Position numbers and translations under genes: made by a program | Shown here: positions 8,593 through 18,127 of the stretch, piece by piece | Layout: each line of letters begins with the position of its first letter | Numbering within the stretch: the first letter of the stretch is position 1 | Virus record (IMG/VR): IMGVR_UViG_3300007513_000001 | Coordinates: 1-64,000 of that record | Strand: one strand, 5' to 3' | DNA: 64,000 nucleotides | Notes under the pieces: generated by a model | The model's database searches: none | What the model was told of the DNA's origin: nothing | Seen by the model: only the letters and a program-made list of their open reading frames with translations

Positions 8593-9792
8593 ATGAAAAT
8601 TAAATCTATTATTTTAGGATTAGCTTTAGCAGGAAATGCATCAGCCCAAGAGCTTAGTTCTAGTGAAACATCTTATACCGGTGCGACTATTTTAGAGGGA
8701 GACTGGGATGTAACTTTCCAGGAAAGCGTTGCAATTGCTGACAGTGATGATACGTTTCCATATGCTTTCTTTGAAGGCAACACGCTCTATGTTGGTAATT
8801 CCGATATTTATGAGAATACAGTTGATGCCATCGTGGAGTTTTTCTGGTTCCAATCTTCGATTGATAGAGGTACAGATTTTTATGTTGCCGTCATCAAGAC
8901 ACGCGCCACTCCAGGACACGACTGTTACTATGCGCCCTGGGATTGGGCACGTGGAGCACAGTGCAAACTTTGGGCAGATGAGTGGTCAGATTGGGGTGAG
9001 TATCCGGTTCTAAGCGTCGAAGCTATGACTGACGTAGAGCGCGAGCAAGGCGCTTTTCGATGGGACTGGTCAGTACCATTTGAAAGTTATGGTATTGATG
9101 CTTATGGGCAAGTAACATTTCAAAGCATATATGGAATTGGTTCTACTTCTGAGGGTGCTGCCATGGCTCATGGCGAATACCAAATGAACGAAGATGGTGA
9201 AATGAAAGCCGAAGGAAGCGTGCAAGTAAAAGGATATCACTCCTCAGAATACAGTGTACAAACCCAATACGAAGTGACACTATATGAATGGGATGTTTTT
9301 GTAGACGGAAGAGCTGATTTGATGGCTTGGGATATGTATCTTAACCTTGGAGCTAGAGAAACGCAATCTGCTTATCACGAATATTTTTTAGCGGTGCAAG
9401 TAGAATCAGGCCAACCATTCACTATAGATCAATTTAACTTTATAAGTAATTTTGATACTGGTTGGTATGATCCATTTCGACACGAGCTTGGAATTTCATT
9501 AGAGGGGATGACAATTAGCCAGCCTTATTATGAGCCAGTGGCTGATACAGAAGATCCGGATTCTAATGAAGAAGATACGGGATCCTCCGCGGGATATCAA
9601 GACACCGGAGTAGAGCAAAACTCTGACAAAGATACGGCATCATCGTTTGAGTTCGGAGATAGCTCGCAAGAGCCGGGGAGCAAATCATCTAGTGGGTGTT
9701 CTTGTTCTACCAGCTCAACTAATAGAGCTGGTCTCTTATTTGGATTATTAGCTTTATTTTCTCGTAGAAAAGAAAATCATGTCGGGGCGTAG
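8593..9792 (+). CDS. secreted/surface protein with MYXO-CTERM-like C-terminal sorting signal
   Basis: Signal peptide; acidic linker; GCSCS...[13 protein letters not shown] tail. Confidence 0.7.
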   Translation: MKIKSIILGLALAGNASAQELSSSETSYTGATILEGDWDVTFQESVAIADSDDTFPYAFFEGNTLYVGNSDIYENTVDAIVEFFWFQSSIDRGTDFYVAVIKTRATPGHDCYYAPWDWARGAQCKLWADEWSDWGEYPVLSVEAMTDVEREQGAFRWDWSVPFESYGIDAYGQVTFQSIYGIGSTSEGAAMAHGEYQMNEDGEMKAEGSVQVKGYHSSEYSVQTQYEVTLYEWDVFVDGRADLMAWDMYLNLGARETQSAYHEYFLAVQVESGQPFTIDQFNFISNFDTGWYDPFRHELGISLEGMTISQPYYEPVADTEDPDSNEEDTGSSAGYQDTGVEQNSDKDTASSFEFGDSSQEPGSKSSSGCSCSTSSTNRAGLLFGLLALFSRRKENHVGA

Positions 9793-9859
9793 CGCAGTCT
9801 GGCAGCGCATCTGCTTTGGGAGCAGAGGGTCGTAGGTTCGAATCCTGCCGCCCCGACCA
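9783..9859 (+). tRNA. tRNA-Pro(TGG)
   Basis: CGGGGCG/CGCCCCG acceptor, TCTGC-TTTGGGA-GCAGA, CCA. Confidence 0.95.
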
Positions 9860-9889
9860 CTTATAAAATTAAAGTTCGCAGCTATAACC

Positions 9890-10615
9890 ATGTTGATTTC
9901 TCCTAACCATAAATTTATCTTTTTTAAACCAATGAAATGCGCTGGTTCTTCAGTGGAGTTTGCGCTTTATCAGAATTGTGGTGAAGAAGCTTTGTGCACT
10001 GGTGGAATCGATGATGAAACAGACCGCGGCTTTGTTCAACGAAATAACGTTTTTTATGAAGGCGAAGAATTAAAATATAGATTTCATTCACACACCTGGC
10101 CAGCTTTATTTTATGAAAGAATTGCTGATCAGTCTATTTGGGAAGAATATAAGAAAATTACTATAGTAAGAAACCCATGGGACATGCTAGTGTCTTATTA
10201 TTGGCACTTTAGACATCAACGCGCAAACTGTAATCAATGGCTAGATATAAAAGAAGATGATTCTCCCGACCAGATAAAGTGGAAGTTCGAAAGTTTTTTG
10301 ACATTATTATCTAAAATGGACAGCATATTTCCAGGAGCAGTATACACTAATGATTCGCCAATAAATTACGCATCAACAATAAGCGAAGCCTTTATAGATG
10401 ATAATATAGATTTTTATTTATCGTTTGAAAACATTCAAGAAGACTATATCGAGCTTTGTGATAAACTCTCTATTCCAACTACAAAATTGCCACGATTCAA
10501 AACGCGATATAGAAAAATAGAGATGTCCTACAAAAACTATTACAACAAAACAACTCAAGAAGCAGTATACATGAGATTTCCTAAAACAATAGAAAAGTTC
10601 GGTTATAAGTTCTAA
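9890..10615 (+). CDS. sulfotransferase family 2 protein
   Basis: FIFFKPMKCAGSS and TIVRNPWDMLVSYY PAPS-binding motifs. Confidence 0.8.
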   Translation: MLISPNHKFIFFKPMKCAGSSVEFALYQNCGEEALCTGGIDDETDRGFVQRNNVFYEGEELKYRFHSHTWPALFYERIADQSIWEEYKKITIVRNPWDMLVSYYWHFRHQRANCNQWLDIKEDDSPDQIKWKFESFLTLLSKMDSIFPGAVYTNDSPINYASTISEAFIDDNIDFYLSFENIQEDYIELCDKLSIPTTKLPRFKTRYRKIEMSYKNYYNKTTQEAVYMRFPKTIEKFGYKF

Positions 10616-10631
10616 CGTTATACTTATTTTT

Positions 10632-10814
10632 GTGGAATCCATAGAAGAGTGTATAGAATTATCAATAGTTTCAATGTTGGCAGGAGCATTGTTTTCTCTT
10701 TTTTTTATGAAAAAATGTTTAGTGCCTGAAGATGTAAATTTGTTTTTATTACATGAGCAACTTTCTTATGAAGAATTAAATCTAGAAGATTTAAAATCAG
10801 AATCAGTTGATTAA
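10632..10814 (+). CDS. small membrane protein
   Basis: ORF with hydrophobic segment. Confidence 0.4.
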   Translation: MESIEECIELSIVSMLAGALFSLFFMKKCLVPEDVNLFLLHEQLSYEELNLEDLKSESVD

Positions 10815-10834
10815 ATTTAATCAATGGAGGCCAA

Positions 10835-11182
10835 ATGGGAGAATTAGTAGATTTAGAAGAATATCGTCTTAAAAAAGAAGCTGAAGAAAAAATTAAAACT
10901 GAAGAAGAAATTGAGCTCTTGCGCGAAGAACTCGAAGAAATAATGGCACGCCTCAGTCTTTCTCCGAATCTTGATTCTTGTCCAGTTTATCCAGAAGATT
11001 ATTACAGTTCAATATCTTCTGAAGGTTTTTACTTTTCTACAGTTTGGCCTCCGTATAGCGAATATCGAAAAGATATTCAAGATGAAGAAGATTTATACAG
11101 TCTTGCTTGGACGCCGGATATTCCTAAGTGGTGCATAGATTTGAAAATTTACGATGAGGAACACACCCCGCGTGAAGATTAA
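10835..11182 (+). CDS. hypothetical protein
   Basis: GGAGG RBS. Confidence 0.6.
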   Translation: MGELVDLEEYRLKKEAEEKIKTEEEIELLREELEEIMARLSLSPNLDSCPVYPEDYYSSISSEGFYFSTVWPPYSEYRKDIQDEEDLYSLAWTPDIPKWCIDLKIYDEEHTPRED

Positions 11183-11372
11183 ATTTATTAAACTCTAGTT
11201 TGGATTCGACCCACCTACTTTTTAAAAGAGAGAAAACAATGAAAAAAAATATATTCTTTCAGGCCGGAGGCCGTTCGACCCACCTGGTTTTTAATTTAAG
11301 CGATGTGATAGTCGTAAACCACGATGGTGGTTTCCTCCATCCCACGGCTCCGTCAACACAGGGGGCCCAGAT

Positions 11373-11711
11373 ATGACCCGTATTATACCGATAATAGTGG
11401 TATTATGTTCCATAGGTTGTGCCAAGCACCGAACAACTCAGGCCCTAGAGATGCATCCTTCCGCGTGGTGGCAGTCTACTGGATCGCCATGTACCGATGC
11501 GTTACAGATTAATACTGTCGCCGAGGGATGCAGCACAGTGAACACTTCAATAATCAATAACACGTGGCTCGAGCTTCGATGCGAAGACGAAATAGAGGGT
11601 CCATGGTCTCAATCATGGTGGCTCTTCACCCCCGCCGGAATCGAACCCCTGCCGGGGTATACGCCAGTATGCGTCGATCCGTCTGGAACGCTAAGTATTC
11701 GTGACCAATAA
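11373..11711 (+). CDS. putative lipoprotein
   Basis: Signal ending SIGC; Cys-rich mature part. Confidence 0.55.
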   Translation: MTRIIPIIVVLCSIGCAKHRTTQALEMHPSAWWQSTGSPCTDALQINTVAEGCSTVNTSIINNTWLELRCEDEIEGPWSQSWWLFTPAGIEPLPGYTPVCVDPSGTLSIRDQ

Positions 11712-11768
11712 TAATTTTTTTTAGAGATCTGTGACGGATCATGCGCTGGGTGCATATGTAATTAATGA

Positions 11769-11990
11769 GTGTACCCAATGCGCCCCTCTCTCCGTCCTCA
11801 TGTCTCGATTCCCCTGCTCCTCGCCAGTGCTGCGCTGGCGGGGTGCTTCGGAAAAAATCAACGCGTGGAAGATCCCGCCTCGCTCGTTCACGAGCGATAC
11901 AGCGTAGAATTCCTCGAAGATGATGAATTCGAATTAGACGACCTGCCAGAAGCAGGCGACACCGGAGCTGAGGGAGAGGACATCGAGTAG
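11769..11990 (+). CDS. putative small lipoprotein
   Basis: LAGC lipobox; acidic tail with DTG. Confidence 0.55.
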   Translation: MYPMRPSLRPHVSIPLLLASAALAGCFGKNQRVEDPASLVHERYSVEFLEDDEFELDDLPEAGDTGAEGEDIE

Positions 11991-11993
11991 ATT

Positions 11994-12629
11994 ATGCGCC
12001 AGTGCGTTCGCTGGATATGCATGTCCGCGATAGCGCTGCTATGCATGGCAAATGGACCGGTCCCTGCGCCCATGATTTACGACGCTGAAGATCTAGTGTC
12101 GATGCACCCAGATACTCAAGAGGCGATCCGGTTTCGTAGGCGGCCAATTTTATCTGCGTGGTGGGCCGAAACACCCGCGGTGCGGGTGTGCGCATCGAGT
12201 GGAGTCTCTGAAGCCAGGATGAATCGCGCCCTGGATTATTGGCGCCGGCTTGGATATAATCTAGATCGAGTGTGGTACGACGATGGATCGGCGCTCTGCA
12301 CTGGACCAGGCGTGAGCGGCGAAATTACGATTGCGATCGTCAACTCGGACGTGCCGGTTGGGAACAACCTGGCCGTGACGCAGAATTTCCACAACCGGCA
12401 TACGCATGAGATGATTCGAGCAAGAATCTGGGTCTTTCCTGCGACTGTCGGAAAAGAATTACTGCTTGAGCACGAGCTGGGGCATGCCCTGGGGTGGGCC
12501 CACTATAACAGGTACTTACACGTTATGAATGCCGACTATGCTGAGATTGGACACGACTCCACCGGGCTTCGGTCAAGAGAGTACCAGGCTGAAAAACAGC
12601 GGATTCAAGAGAGTATACGCAAGGATTAA
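11994..12629 (+). CDS. matrixin-like zinc metalloprotease (metzincin)
   Basis: HELGHALGWAH plus Met-turn VMN; signal peptide. Confidence 0.8.
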   Translation: MRQCVRWICMSAIALLCMANGPVPAPMIYDAEDLVSMHPDTQEAIRFRRRPILSAWWAETPAVRVCASSGVSEARMNRALDYWRRLGYNLDRVWYDDGSALCTGPGVSGEITIAIVNSDVPVGNNLAVTQNFHNRHTHEMIRARIWVFPATVGKELLLEHELGHALGWAHYNRYLHVMNADYAEIGHDSTGLRSREYQAEKQRIQESIRKD

Positions 12630-12698
12630 CAGTGACTTGTAAAATTTATGTAACAAAAAAACGTAACAGAGTTGCGCTCAAGCGCCAGTTGGGCCGAA

Positions 12699-12968
12699 AT
12701 GCACAAAATTAATCCTCCGGCCGAAGAATTTGCTACTGGAGATCTAGTGAGCTGGACGGGAGAATGTTACCTGATGTCTGGTCGACTATCTGGAGAGATG
12801 GGAGCCCATGAGCTGACACAAGTGACTTATAGAGAGACTCGTACTGGACTGGTTATTAATAGGGTCGGCGATCATATTGAAGTGATGCACGGTAAACGAT
12901 TTTATATCTTGCAGCTAATGCTTCCGATAGAAAAATTGGTAGTGTGGAAGGAGGAGATGTGGTCTTAG
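12699..12968 (+). CDS. SH3/KOW-like protein (MKVGDLV family)
   Basis: FATGDLVSW...LVVW. Confidence 0.5.
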   Translation: MHKINPPAEEFATGDLVSWTGECYLMSGRLSGEMGAHELTQVTYRETRTGLVINRVGDHIEVMHGKRFYILQLMLPIEKLVVWKEEMWS

Positions 12969-13405
12969 CAATGGGATTATTGATGGGGTGTTTTCAGAGC
13001 GCCGCACCAGAAGAGACGCTCCCTGGTTCGTGGAGCACTTGGGTAAATCAAGAGATTACAGGCTTGATCGATGTGAACACTCAGATCCACACGCAGCTCT
13101 GGCTTGAAGACGATGAAATTGTGGGTTGGCTCTATCATACCAAGGGAACGTGGGAGCTACAAGACCAATATATTACGCCTCCCTGTGACCCAGAGTGGGT
13201 TCACGGCACCTACCGTGAAGATACTTGGGGTTACCATATATCTTGCATGTACGTAGGTGATAAGTGTCTTTCTACTCGGGTGCACCCAGAGAGCGTAGAA
13301 GTAGACTTGGGAGATCTATCTTACGGAATGCTGGGCTGGATTAAGCTAGAAGATCGAATCGATCCTCCTGAAAATGGTAAAGAAGAATTCGAGTGCCAAA
13401 AATAA
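12944..13405 (+). CDS. putative lipoprotein
   Basis: LLMGC lipobox. Confidence 0.5.
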   Translation: MEGGDVVLAMGLLMGCFQSAAPEETLPGSWSTWVNQEITGLIDVNTQIHTQLWLEDDEIVGWLYHTKGTWELQDQYITPPCDPEWVHGTYREDTWGYHISCMYVGDKCLSTRVHPESVEVDLGDLSYGMLGWIKLEDRIDPPENGKEEFECQK

Positions 13406-13426
13406 CTTAAGTTTTTTGGTTCGTTC

Positions 13427-13456
13427 TGTAAAAAAAGGCCTCAGATTTGGTATAAT
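13427..13456 (+). promoter_or_regulatory. early-type promoter TGTAAA-N18-TATAAT
   Basis: Motif match, TGG extended -10. Confidence 0.8.
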
Positions 13457-13495
13457 ACTAATATAAGGAAGGAACCTCTCAATCCAGGAGAACAC

Positions 13496-14344
13496 ATGCC
13501 TCGCAAGTCAGCTAAACTTCGACTCTCTCAAGCTGAAGAGCTCTACAAGAGTTATAGCGATGAGGGAATGACCGAATCCAAAGGTGGTCGCTTCATTCGT
13601 GACATGATTGCTCGTCTCTCTCGAGGCCGTGGTCTCTCTAAGGGACAGCGAAACTGGCTTGATAGCCTCATCGAAGAAGGAGTCCCCCAGCCCAAGGGTG
13701 ACCAGGTGCTGCTCGCCAAAATCGACCAAGCGATTGAAACTCCGGGAATGGAGCGTCGACGCGACATCCTCTCCGATTTCCGTCGGAAGGTGTTCAATGG
13801 TTGGAATCTCTCTCCCAAGCAGACTCAGTGGCTCAGTTCGATGATTGCTGATGCTGAGACTCTCCGAATCGAAGGTCCATGGACTCCGAACGAAGAGCAG
13901 CTCCAAGACATGCGCGATATCGCCGCACTGTCTCGTGGATACAATTCGGTATACTGGTCTACGCATGGCGGCACTTGGCGAGCTGTGGAGAAGATTCGAG
14001 CTTACCTCGAGGTCCTGGATAAAGGAACCCTAGAAGCCCGGGTTGAATTGGCCCCCATTGCACTCGATGAGTGGTGCATCAACAAGGCGAAGAAGGCTAT
14101 GGCTGGCCGGATTCGCGAACTCCGCGAGAAGCCGTACGTTGTTATGGGCGACCTGGTCTGGACCCGGTATCGCGACCCAGGAGCGCTCTGGAATGAACCG
14201 TACCAGTGGTTCCGCGCTCCAGTCTGCGGAAGCCCTGAAATCTCTGAAAAGGGAGAGGTCGTCTATCCGGTGCTCAACCCAGTTCTCGGGCTCATTATGG
14301 TCACAAACCAACAGATTGCCAAGCGCAAGCCGAAAGGAGCATAA
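13496..14344 (+). CDS. hypothetical early protein with two LSxxQ helical modules
   Basis: GGAG RBS after promoter; GC-rich codons. Confidence 0.7.
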   Translation: MPRKSAKLRLSQAEELYKSYSDEGMTESKGGRFIRDMIARLSRGRGLSKGQRNWLDSLIEEGVPQPKGDQVLLAKIDQAIETPGMERRRDILSDFRRKVFNGWNLSPKQTQWLSSMIADAETLRIEGPWTPNEEQLQDMRDIAALSRGYNSVYWSTHGGTWRAVEKIRAYLEVLDKGTLEARVELAPIALDEWCINKAKKAMAGRIRELREKPYVVMGDLVWTRYRDPGALWNEPYQWFRAPVCGSPEISEKGEVVYPVLNPVLGLIMVTNQQIAKRKPKGA

Positions 14345-14584
14345 ATGAAAAGTGTAGCAGAAGTAGTAATGAACTACAAGATGATGGAGCGCTTCGGCGG
14401 CTCTATGCTTCGCGAAGTGAAGTGGCAATATGCTGAAATGGCCGAAGGGCGTGACGGCGGTTCACTTGGCTTTGTTCCGGATGACTGGCCAGGTGACAAC
14501 CAGCCAACTTGCCGAGAATACAACTACCCTGGTTATTCAGATAGCTTCTTTCAGGAAGTACGTGATCTCATGGGATGGAAATAA
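14345..14584 (+). CDS. hypothetical protein
   Basis: GGAG RBS. Confidence 0.6.
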   Translation: MKSVAEVVMNYKMMERFGGSMLREVKWQYAEMAEGRDGGSLGFVPDDWPGDNQPTCREYNYPGYSDSFFQEVRDLMGWK

Positions 14585-14585
14585 T

Positions 14586-14897
14586 ATGCGCCGCAAGAAA
14601 GTTAGGTCTGGAGAGAATATCTCTTTCATCGCTAAATATCTGTTTGATAATCCTGGCGCGAGGCAAGGGGAAATCCGGCAGGCGCTTTGCCAGCAAAACG
14701 GCGTAGAGTGGACTACCCCCACTGAAATGAGAGGGCAATATACAACATATTTTTGCAGTGGCTGGATTGGAGGTTCATCTTGGCCGCGTAATCCGTGCGG
14801 CAGATACTGGACTCGAATGATACGTCCGGACGGAAAGACGGGATACATGCTGACCATAGAGGGAATCTCAAAAGTTAACTTGGAGGAAACACAATGA
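14586..14897 (+). CDS. hypothetical protein
   Basis: ATG directly after upstream stop. Confidence 0.55.
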   Translation: MRRKKVRSGENISFIAKYLFDNPGARQGEIRQALCQQNGVEWTTPTEMRGQYTTYFCSGWIGGSSWPRNPCGRYWTRMIRPDGKTGYMLTIEGISKVNLEETQ

Positions 14898-15238
14898 ACA
14901 ACACACGAAATCTTATGGAGCAACTCCGTAACCACGACTGGTATTACGCGTATAGCGATGATCATCGAGTCTGGACACGCGGAGAACAAGAAAATAAACG
15001 CCTTCGAGCGCTACTGGCAGATTTTCAATGTCCTTACGAGATGAGTAAGCTGCGAATGGCAGTACACAACATGGTCGTTGAAGATTACGTAGAAGAAAAA
15101 CCAGGTCGGTGGTTTCGTCAAGGAAATAAGTATCCAAATATCGCCCCCACGAAACGCTCAGAGTTGATGCATCGAGCAGACCAAGTTCAAATCTTGGCTT
15201 GGATTGAAGCTCAAGATAGGAAGTGGAATAATGTTTGA
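14894..15238 (+). CDS. hypothetical phage protein
   Basis: GGAGG RBS; HDWYYAYSDD motif. Confidence 0.65.
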   Translation: MNNTRNLMEQLRNHDWYYAYSDDHRVWTRGEQENKRLRALLADFQCPYEMSKLRMAVHNMVVEDYVEEKPGRWFRQGNKYPNIAPTKRSELMHRADQVQILAWIEAQDRKWNNV

Positions 15239-15376
15239 TTTTTTAATTGAATTGCAACCGGGAGCTGCGGTAATAGCAGCTTTGGCTGGACTCTTTGTTG
15301 CTGGCCACGTTCTCAATTACTTGCTTGAAACTGCCTATTGGGCTTTTATTGACTGGAAAAACAAGGAGAAAAAATA

Positions 15377-15598
15377 ATGCAACCTGGTGAAGTGAAGATG
15401 TGGCTGGATCAAGGGCCAGCAGTACTGCTAGAAGAATGTGAAGTCGAAGACCCAATTTCTATTGTTGATGCTGCTCTAGATGACACTGTCCCAGTAACAG
15501 AAACTGGTTGGATTATTCATTTGCTAGCTACTGGAGAAATCTTGAGCGTACACGAAGGCACACTACATAACAACCTTGATGGAGACGTCGACGAGTAA
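15377..15598 (+). CDS. hypothetical protein, possibly SH3-like
   Basis: AGGAG RBS; MQPGEV start. Confidence 0.55.
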   Translation: MQPGEVKMWLDQGPAVLLEECEVEDPISIVDAALDDTVPVTETGWIIHLLATGEILSVHEGTLHNNLDGDVDE

Positions 15599-15610
15599 AG
15601 CAGCTTATAG

Positions 15611-15889
15611 TTGATCATTTGCAGTCTAAGTTGCTATTTATTAGCTGTGATGAAGCTAAAAGACGTTGCAGAAATAATCAGGTGTGATATTCCAGACTTG
15701 ACCGAAGGACCCTTCGACGTCGAGATAGAATCTGACGATGGCGGAAGTCATATCGTCGTTAGAATAGAAGATCACGAAGATGGTAAAAGAATCTTGAAAC
15801 ACTTAACTACAGAATATTCAGGGACCCGATCATTAGTCATGCTAGTACCAGAAGGCTGGATTCAAGTTCACAATAATTTCAATAAATAA
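15611..15889 (+). CDS. hypothetical protein
   Basis: ORF; start uncertain. Confidence 0.45.
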   Translation: MIICSLSCYLLAVMKLKDVAEIIRCDIPDLTEGPFDVEIESDDGGSHIVVRIEDHEDGKRILKHLTTEYSGTRSLVMLVPEGWIQVHNNFNK

Positions 15890-15900
15890 TTTGTCGATTC

Positions 15901-15930
15901 TGTAAAAAAAGCCTCTCTGTATGGTATAAT
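15901..15930 (+). promoter_or_regulatory. early-type promoter TGTAAA-N18-TATAAT
   Basis: Motif match. Confidence 0.8.
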
Positions 15931-15958
15931 AGTACTATAAACAAGGAAAGGAGATTCC

Positions 15959-16339
15959 ATGCGAAAGAACGATCTAGTCAAGCTCAACGTTGCAAAGTGT
16001 TTCACGATGAAGTACGGGGGCAAGCGAACTTTCCCGCTCACGAATGGATTTAACGACGAAGAAGGTACTGTCGAGGGTTTCTTCAAGCTGACTCAAGAAG
16101 ACCGGGCTCGACTCCGGGCATCGGGTCGATATGACGGAATCGACAGCGGCGGAGAGTCAAAGCTCGTCCCTAGCGAGGGGCTTGCTAAGCTGAAGAGAGA
16201 TTATGTTTACCAAGTCCTTCGAGCTCGGACCGCTGCGGTTCGCAACTACCGACGCGAGGGTGGTCTTGCCCTGGTTCTCTGCACCAACACTGGACGAAAC
16301 ATTTACATTAAACGCGAACTTTTGGAGGTTGTGAGCTAA
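15959..16339 (+). CDS. SH3-like protein with insertion (MKVGDLV family)
   Basis: MRKNDLVK...LLEVVS; AGGAG RBS. Confidence 0.6.
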   Translation: MRKNDLVKLNVAKCFTMKYGGKRTFPLTNGFNDEEGTVEGFFKLTQEDRARLRASGRYDGIDSGGESKLVPSEGLAKLKRDYVYQVLRARTAAVRNYRREGGLALVLCTNTGRNIYIKRELLEVVS

Positions 16340-16472
16340 TGTTGCACGATTGGCAAATTGCACTACTGGACCAGGGTCTGTGGCTTTTGCCGACCCTTGG
16401 CGTTCTCGCTCTGGCTGTCTTCCCTTGGAAGCACTGGAACTCTCTCTTTGACGAAATTTTTGAGGTGGCAGA

Positions 16473-16682
16473 ATGAAAGTCGGTGACTATATCTATGATT
16501 GGGCTCTCGGTAGAAATGGCGTCATAGTCGGTGGCCCATGGGTTGAGCCAGCGGGCTCAGACTCCGAAGCGGCTCATGATTCGCATCGCGACATTGCGTG
16601 GGAATGGGCTATTCTCCAAGATGGTGGCGAGATCCTTGGCGCTGATACAAAAGATTTGAAGGTGATTGATGAATGTAGGTGA
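16473..16682 (+). CDS. SH3/KOW-like miniprotein (MKVGDLV family)
   Basis: MKVGDYIY...LKVIDECR. Confidence 0.65.
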   Translation: MKVGDYIYDWALGRNGVIVGGPWVEPAGSDSEAAHDSHRDIAWEWAILQDGGEILGADTKDLKVIDECR

Positions 16683-16866
16683 TGCAGTTAGGTTGAAACG
16701 TACCAACGAGGTTGGTATCGTTGTCAAAAAATACCGTAAGTCTATTCCTGACGGTAACCCTAATGGTGATTTCACGCTTGAATATCGTTGGAATGTACTT
16801 TTTGGTACTGAAACAAGAACGATTAACAATCGCTGGATGTGCGAGGTAGTTAGTGAAAGTCGGTGA
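16669..16866 (+). CDS. SH3/KOW-like miniprotein (MKVGDLV family)
   Basis: MNVGDAVR...EVVSESR; 14-nt overlap. Confidence 0.65.
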   Translation: MNVGDAVRLKRTNEVGIVVKKYRKSIPDGNPNGDFTLEYRWNVLFGTETRTINNRWMCEVVSESR

Positions 16867-17113
16867 CTTCATCGAAGTTTATCATCATCTTCCTCGTTAT
16901 GAAGCGGGAAATATTCCGCTTGGTCCGATGGGAAAAGGAATAGTGGTAGATGTAAAGAAGGACGAACCGCCGAGTCCCGTCTTCGATACGATCACTGCTG
17001 TTTCATATCTTACGACTAACGGCGAATTAAAGACAGACTGGATTAATAAAGAATACGGCGGAATTGTTGTGACTGTTAAGATTCTGCAAGAGGCAATTGA
17101 TGATTCTATCTAG
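16853..17113 (+). CDS. SH3/KOW-like miniprotein (MKVGDLV family)
   Basis: GTG start, MKVGDFIE; 14-nt overlap. Confidence 0.65.
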   Translation: MKVGDFIEVYHHLPRYEAGNIPLGPMGKGIVVDVKKDEPPSPVFDTITAVSYLTTNGELKTDWINKEYGGIVVTVKILQEAIDDSI

Positions 17114-17345
17114 GGTTAAGTGGGAAGTGCTCGACTTCATCGGATATGTTTTTTGCGAGGCGTCGTTTCGTTGGTGGAGTATAATGGATGACGGATCTGA
17201 TCTCGAGCAAAAAGTTTATGAGCCTACTTGGAAAGACCGGGTAGTATATTGGATCGGTGTTCCATCTTATAGAATTGGGTGCTTTTTCTACAACCTACAA
17301 GAACCGGACTCCGATCTCCCAAGTTCAACTCTAAAGAGGGATTGA
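17097..17345 (+). CDS. hypothetical protein
   Basis: ORF within the operon. Confidence 0.45.
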   Translation: MMILSRVKWEVLDFIGYVFCEASFRWWSIMDDGSDLEQKVYEPTWKDRVVYWIGVPSYRIGCFFYNLQEPDSDLPSSTLKRD

Positions 17346-17656
17346 TGAAACTAGTAAGAGACCATATACCTGAAATAATAGATGCGGCTGGAAACTGGTG
17401 TCTAACGAGACACGTCCATGGTGTAGACGAACATATAATCATGCTCAGAGAAAAGATAATAGAAGAAACTGACGAGTTTATTAAAGAGCCATCTTATGAA
17501 GAGGCTGCAGATATGTTAGAGGTTTTGCGCGCATTTTTTCACCTTCACGAACTTGATTTTAACATAGTTATTGATGCTGCTGATAAAAAACGAAAAGATA
17601 GAGGCGGTTTTCTAAAAGGTATTATTCTAAAAGAGGTAGGAACAAATGGAAACTAA
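17345..17656 (+). CDS. MazG-like nucleoside triphosphate pyrophosphohydrolase
   Basis: KLVRDHIPEII...KIIEETDEF...EEAADMLEV...RGGF. Confidence 0.8.
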   Translation: MKLVRDHIPEIIDAAGNWCLTRHVHGVDEHIIMLREKIIEETDEFIKEPSYEEAADMLEVLRAFFHLHELDFNIVIDAADKKRKDRGGFLKGIILKEVGTNGN

Positions 17657-17873
17657 CCAAGAAATTTTTGAGCTCGCTGGACTCACTCCAGAAGAAGTCA
17701 GTCTTATGCCGGCTTACATAGAAGAAGAAGTCGACTTTTATGGAACTTCAGCATACGAAAAGCTCTATGCGTATTTTGTGATGGAAACAGGTGAAATGCC
17801 GTACCTTACTGCAAAAGCTCGAGACGGAGATCCTGACTTCTGGATTATTGACTGGCTAGCATCGAACGTATGA
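17646..17873 (+). CDS. hypothetical protein
   Basis: GAGG RBS. Confidence 0.55.
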   Translation: METNQEIFELAGLTPEEVSLMPAYIEEEVDFYGTSAYEKLYAYFVMETGEMPYLTAKARDGDPDFWIIDWLASNV

Positions 17874-18079
17874 AGATTGGCGACTTAGTAAAGCTCAGGT
17901 CACCGTGGAAAGTCGGTGGAGCCAGCCCTTCTTGGAAGGAGACAGAAGAAGGAAGTTGGGTTGGGATCGTTATAGACTATCAACGAGGAGAGCCTGTGGT
18001 GTACTGGAATGAAAAATTTCCAAAAGAAATTGAGTACAAAGAGCAGCTCACAGTAGTTGAAGATTATTTTGCAAACTGA
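17870..18079 (+). CDS. SH3/KOW-like miniprotein (MKVGDLV family)
   Basis: MKIGDLVK...GIVI...VYW...LTVV. Confidence 0.65.
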   Translation: MKIGDLVKLRSPWKVGGASPSWKETEEGSWVGIVIDYQRGEPVVYWNEKFPKEIEYKEQLTVVEDYFAN

Positions 18080-18127
18080 AATACAATCTTAATATCAAGA
18101 TTATGATTTTAATATAGGGAGATTTAA

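Noticed and set aside
11205-11285. Repeat TTCGACCCACCT at 11205 and 11274
   Set aside because: Only 12 bp in two copies; no tRNA fold or other support.
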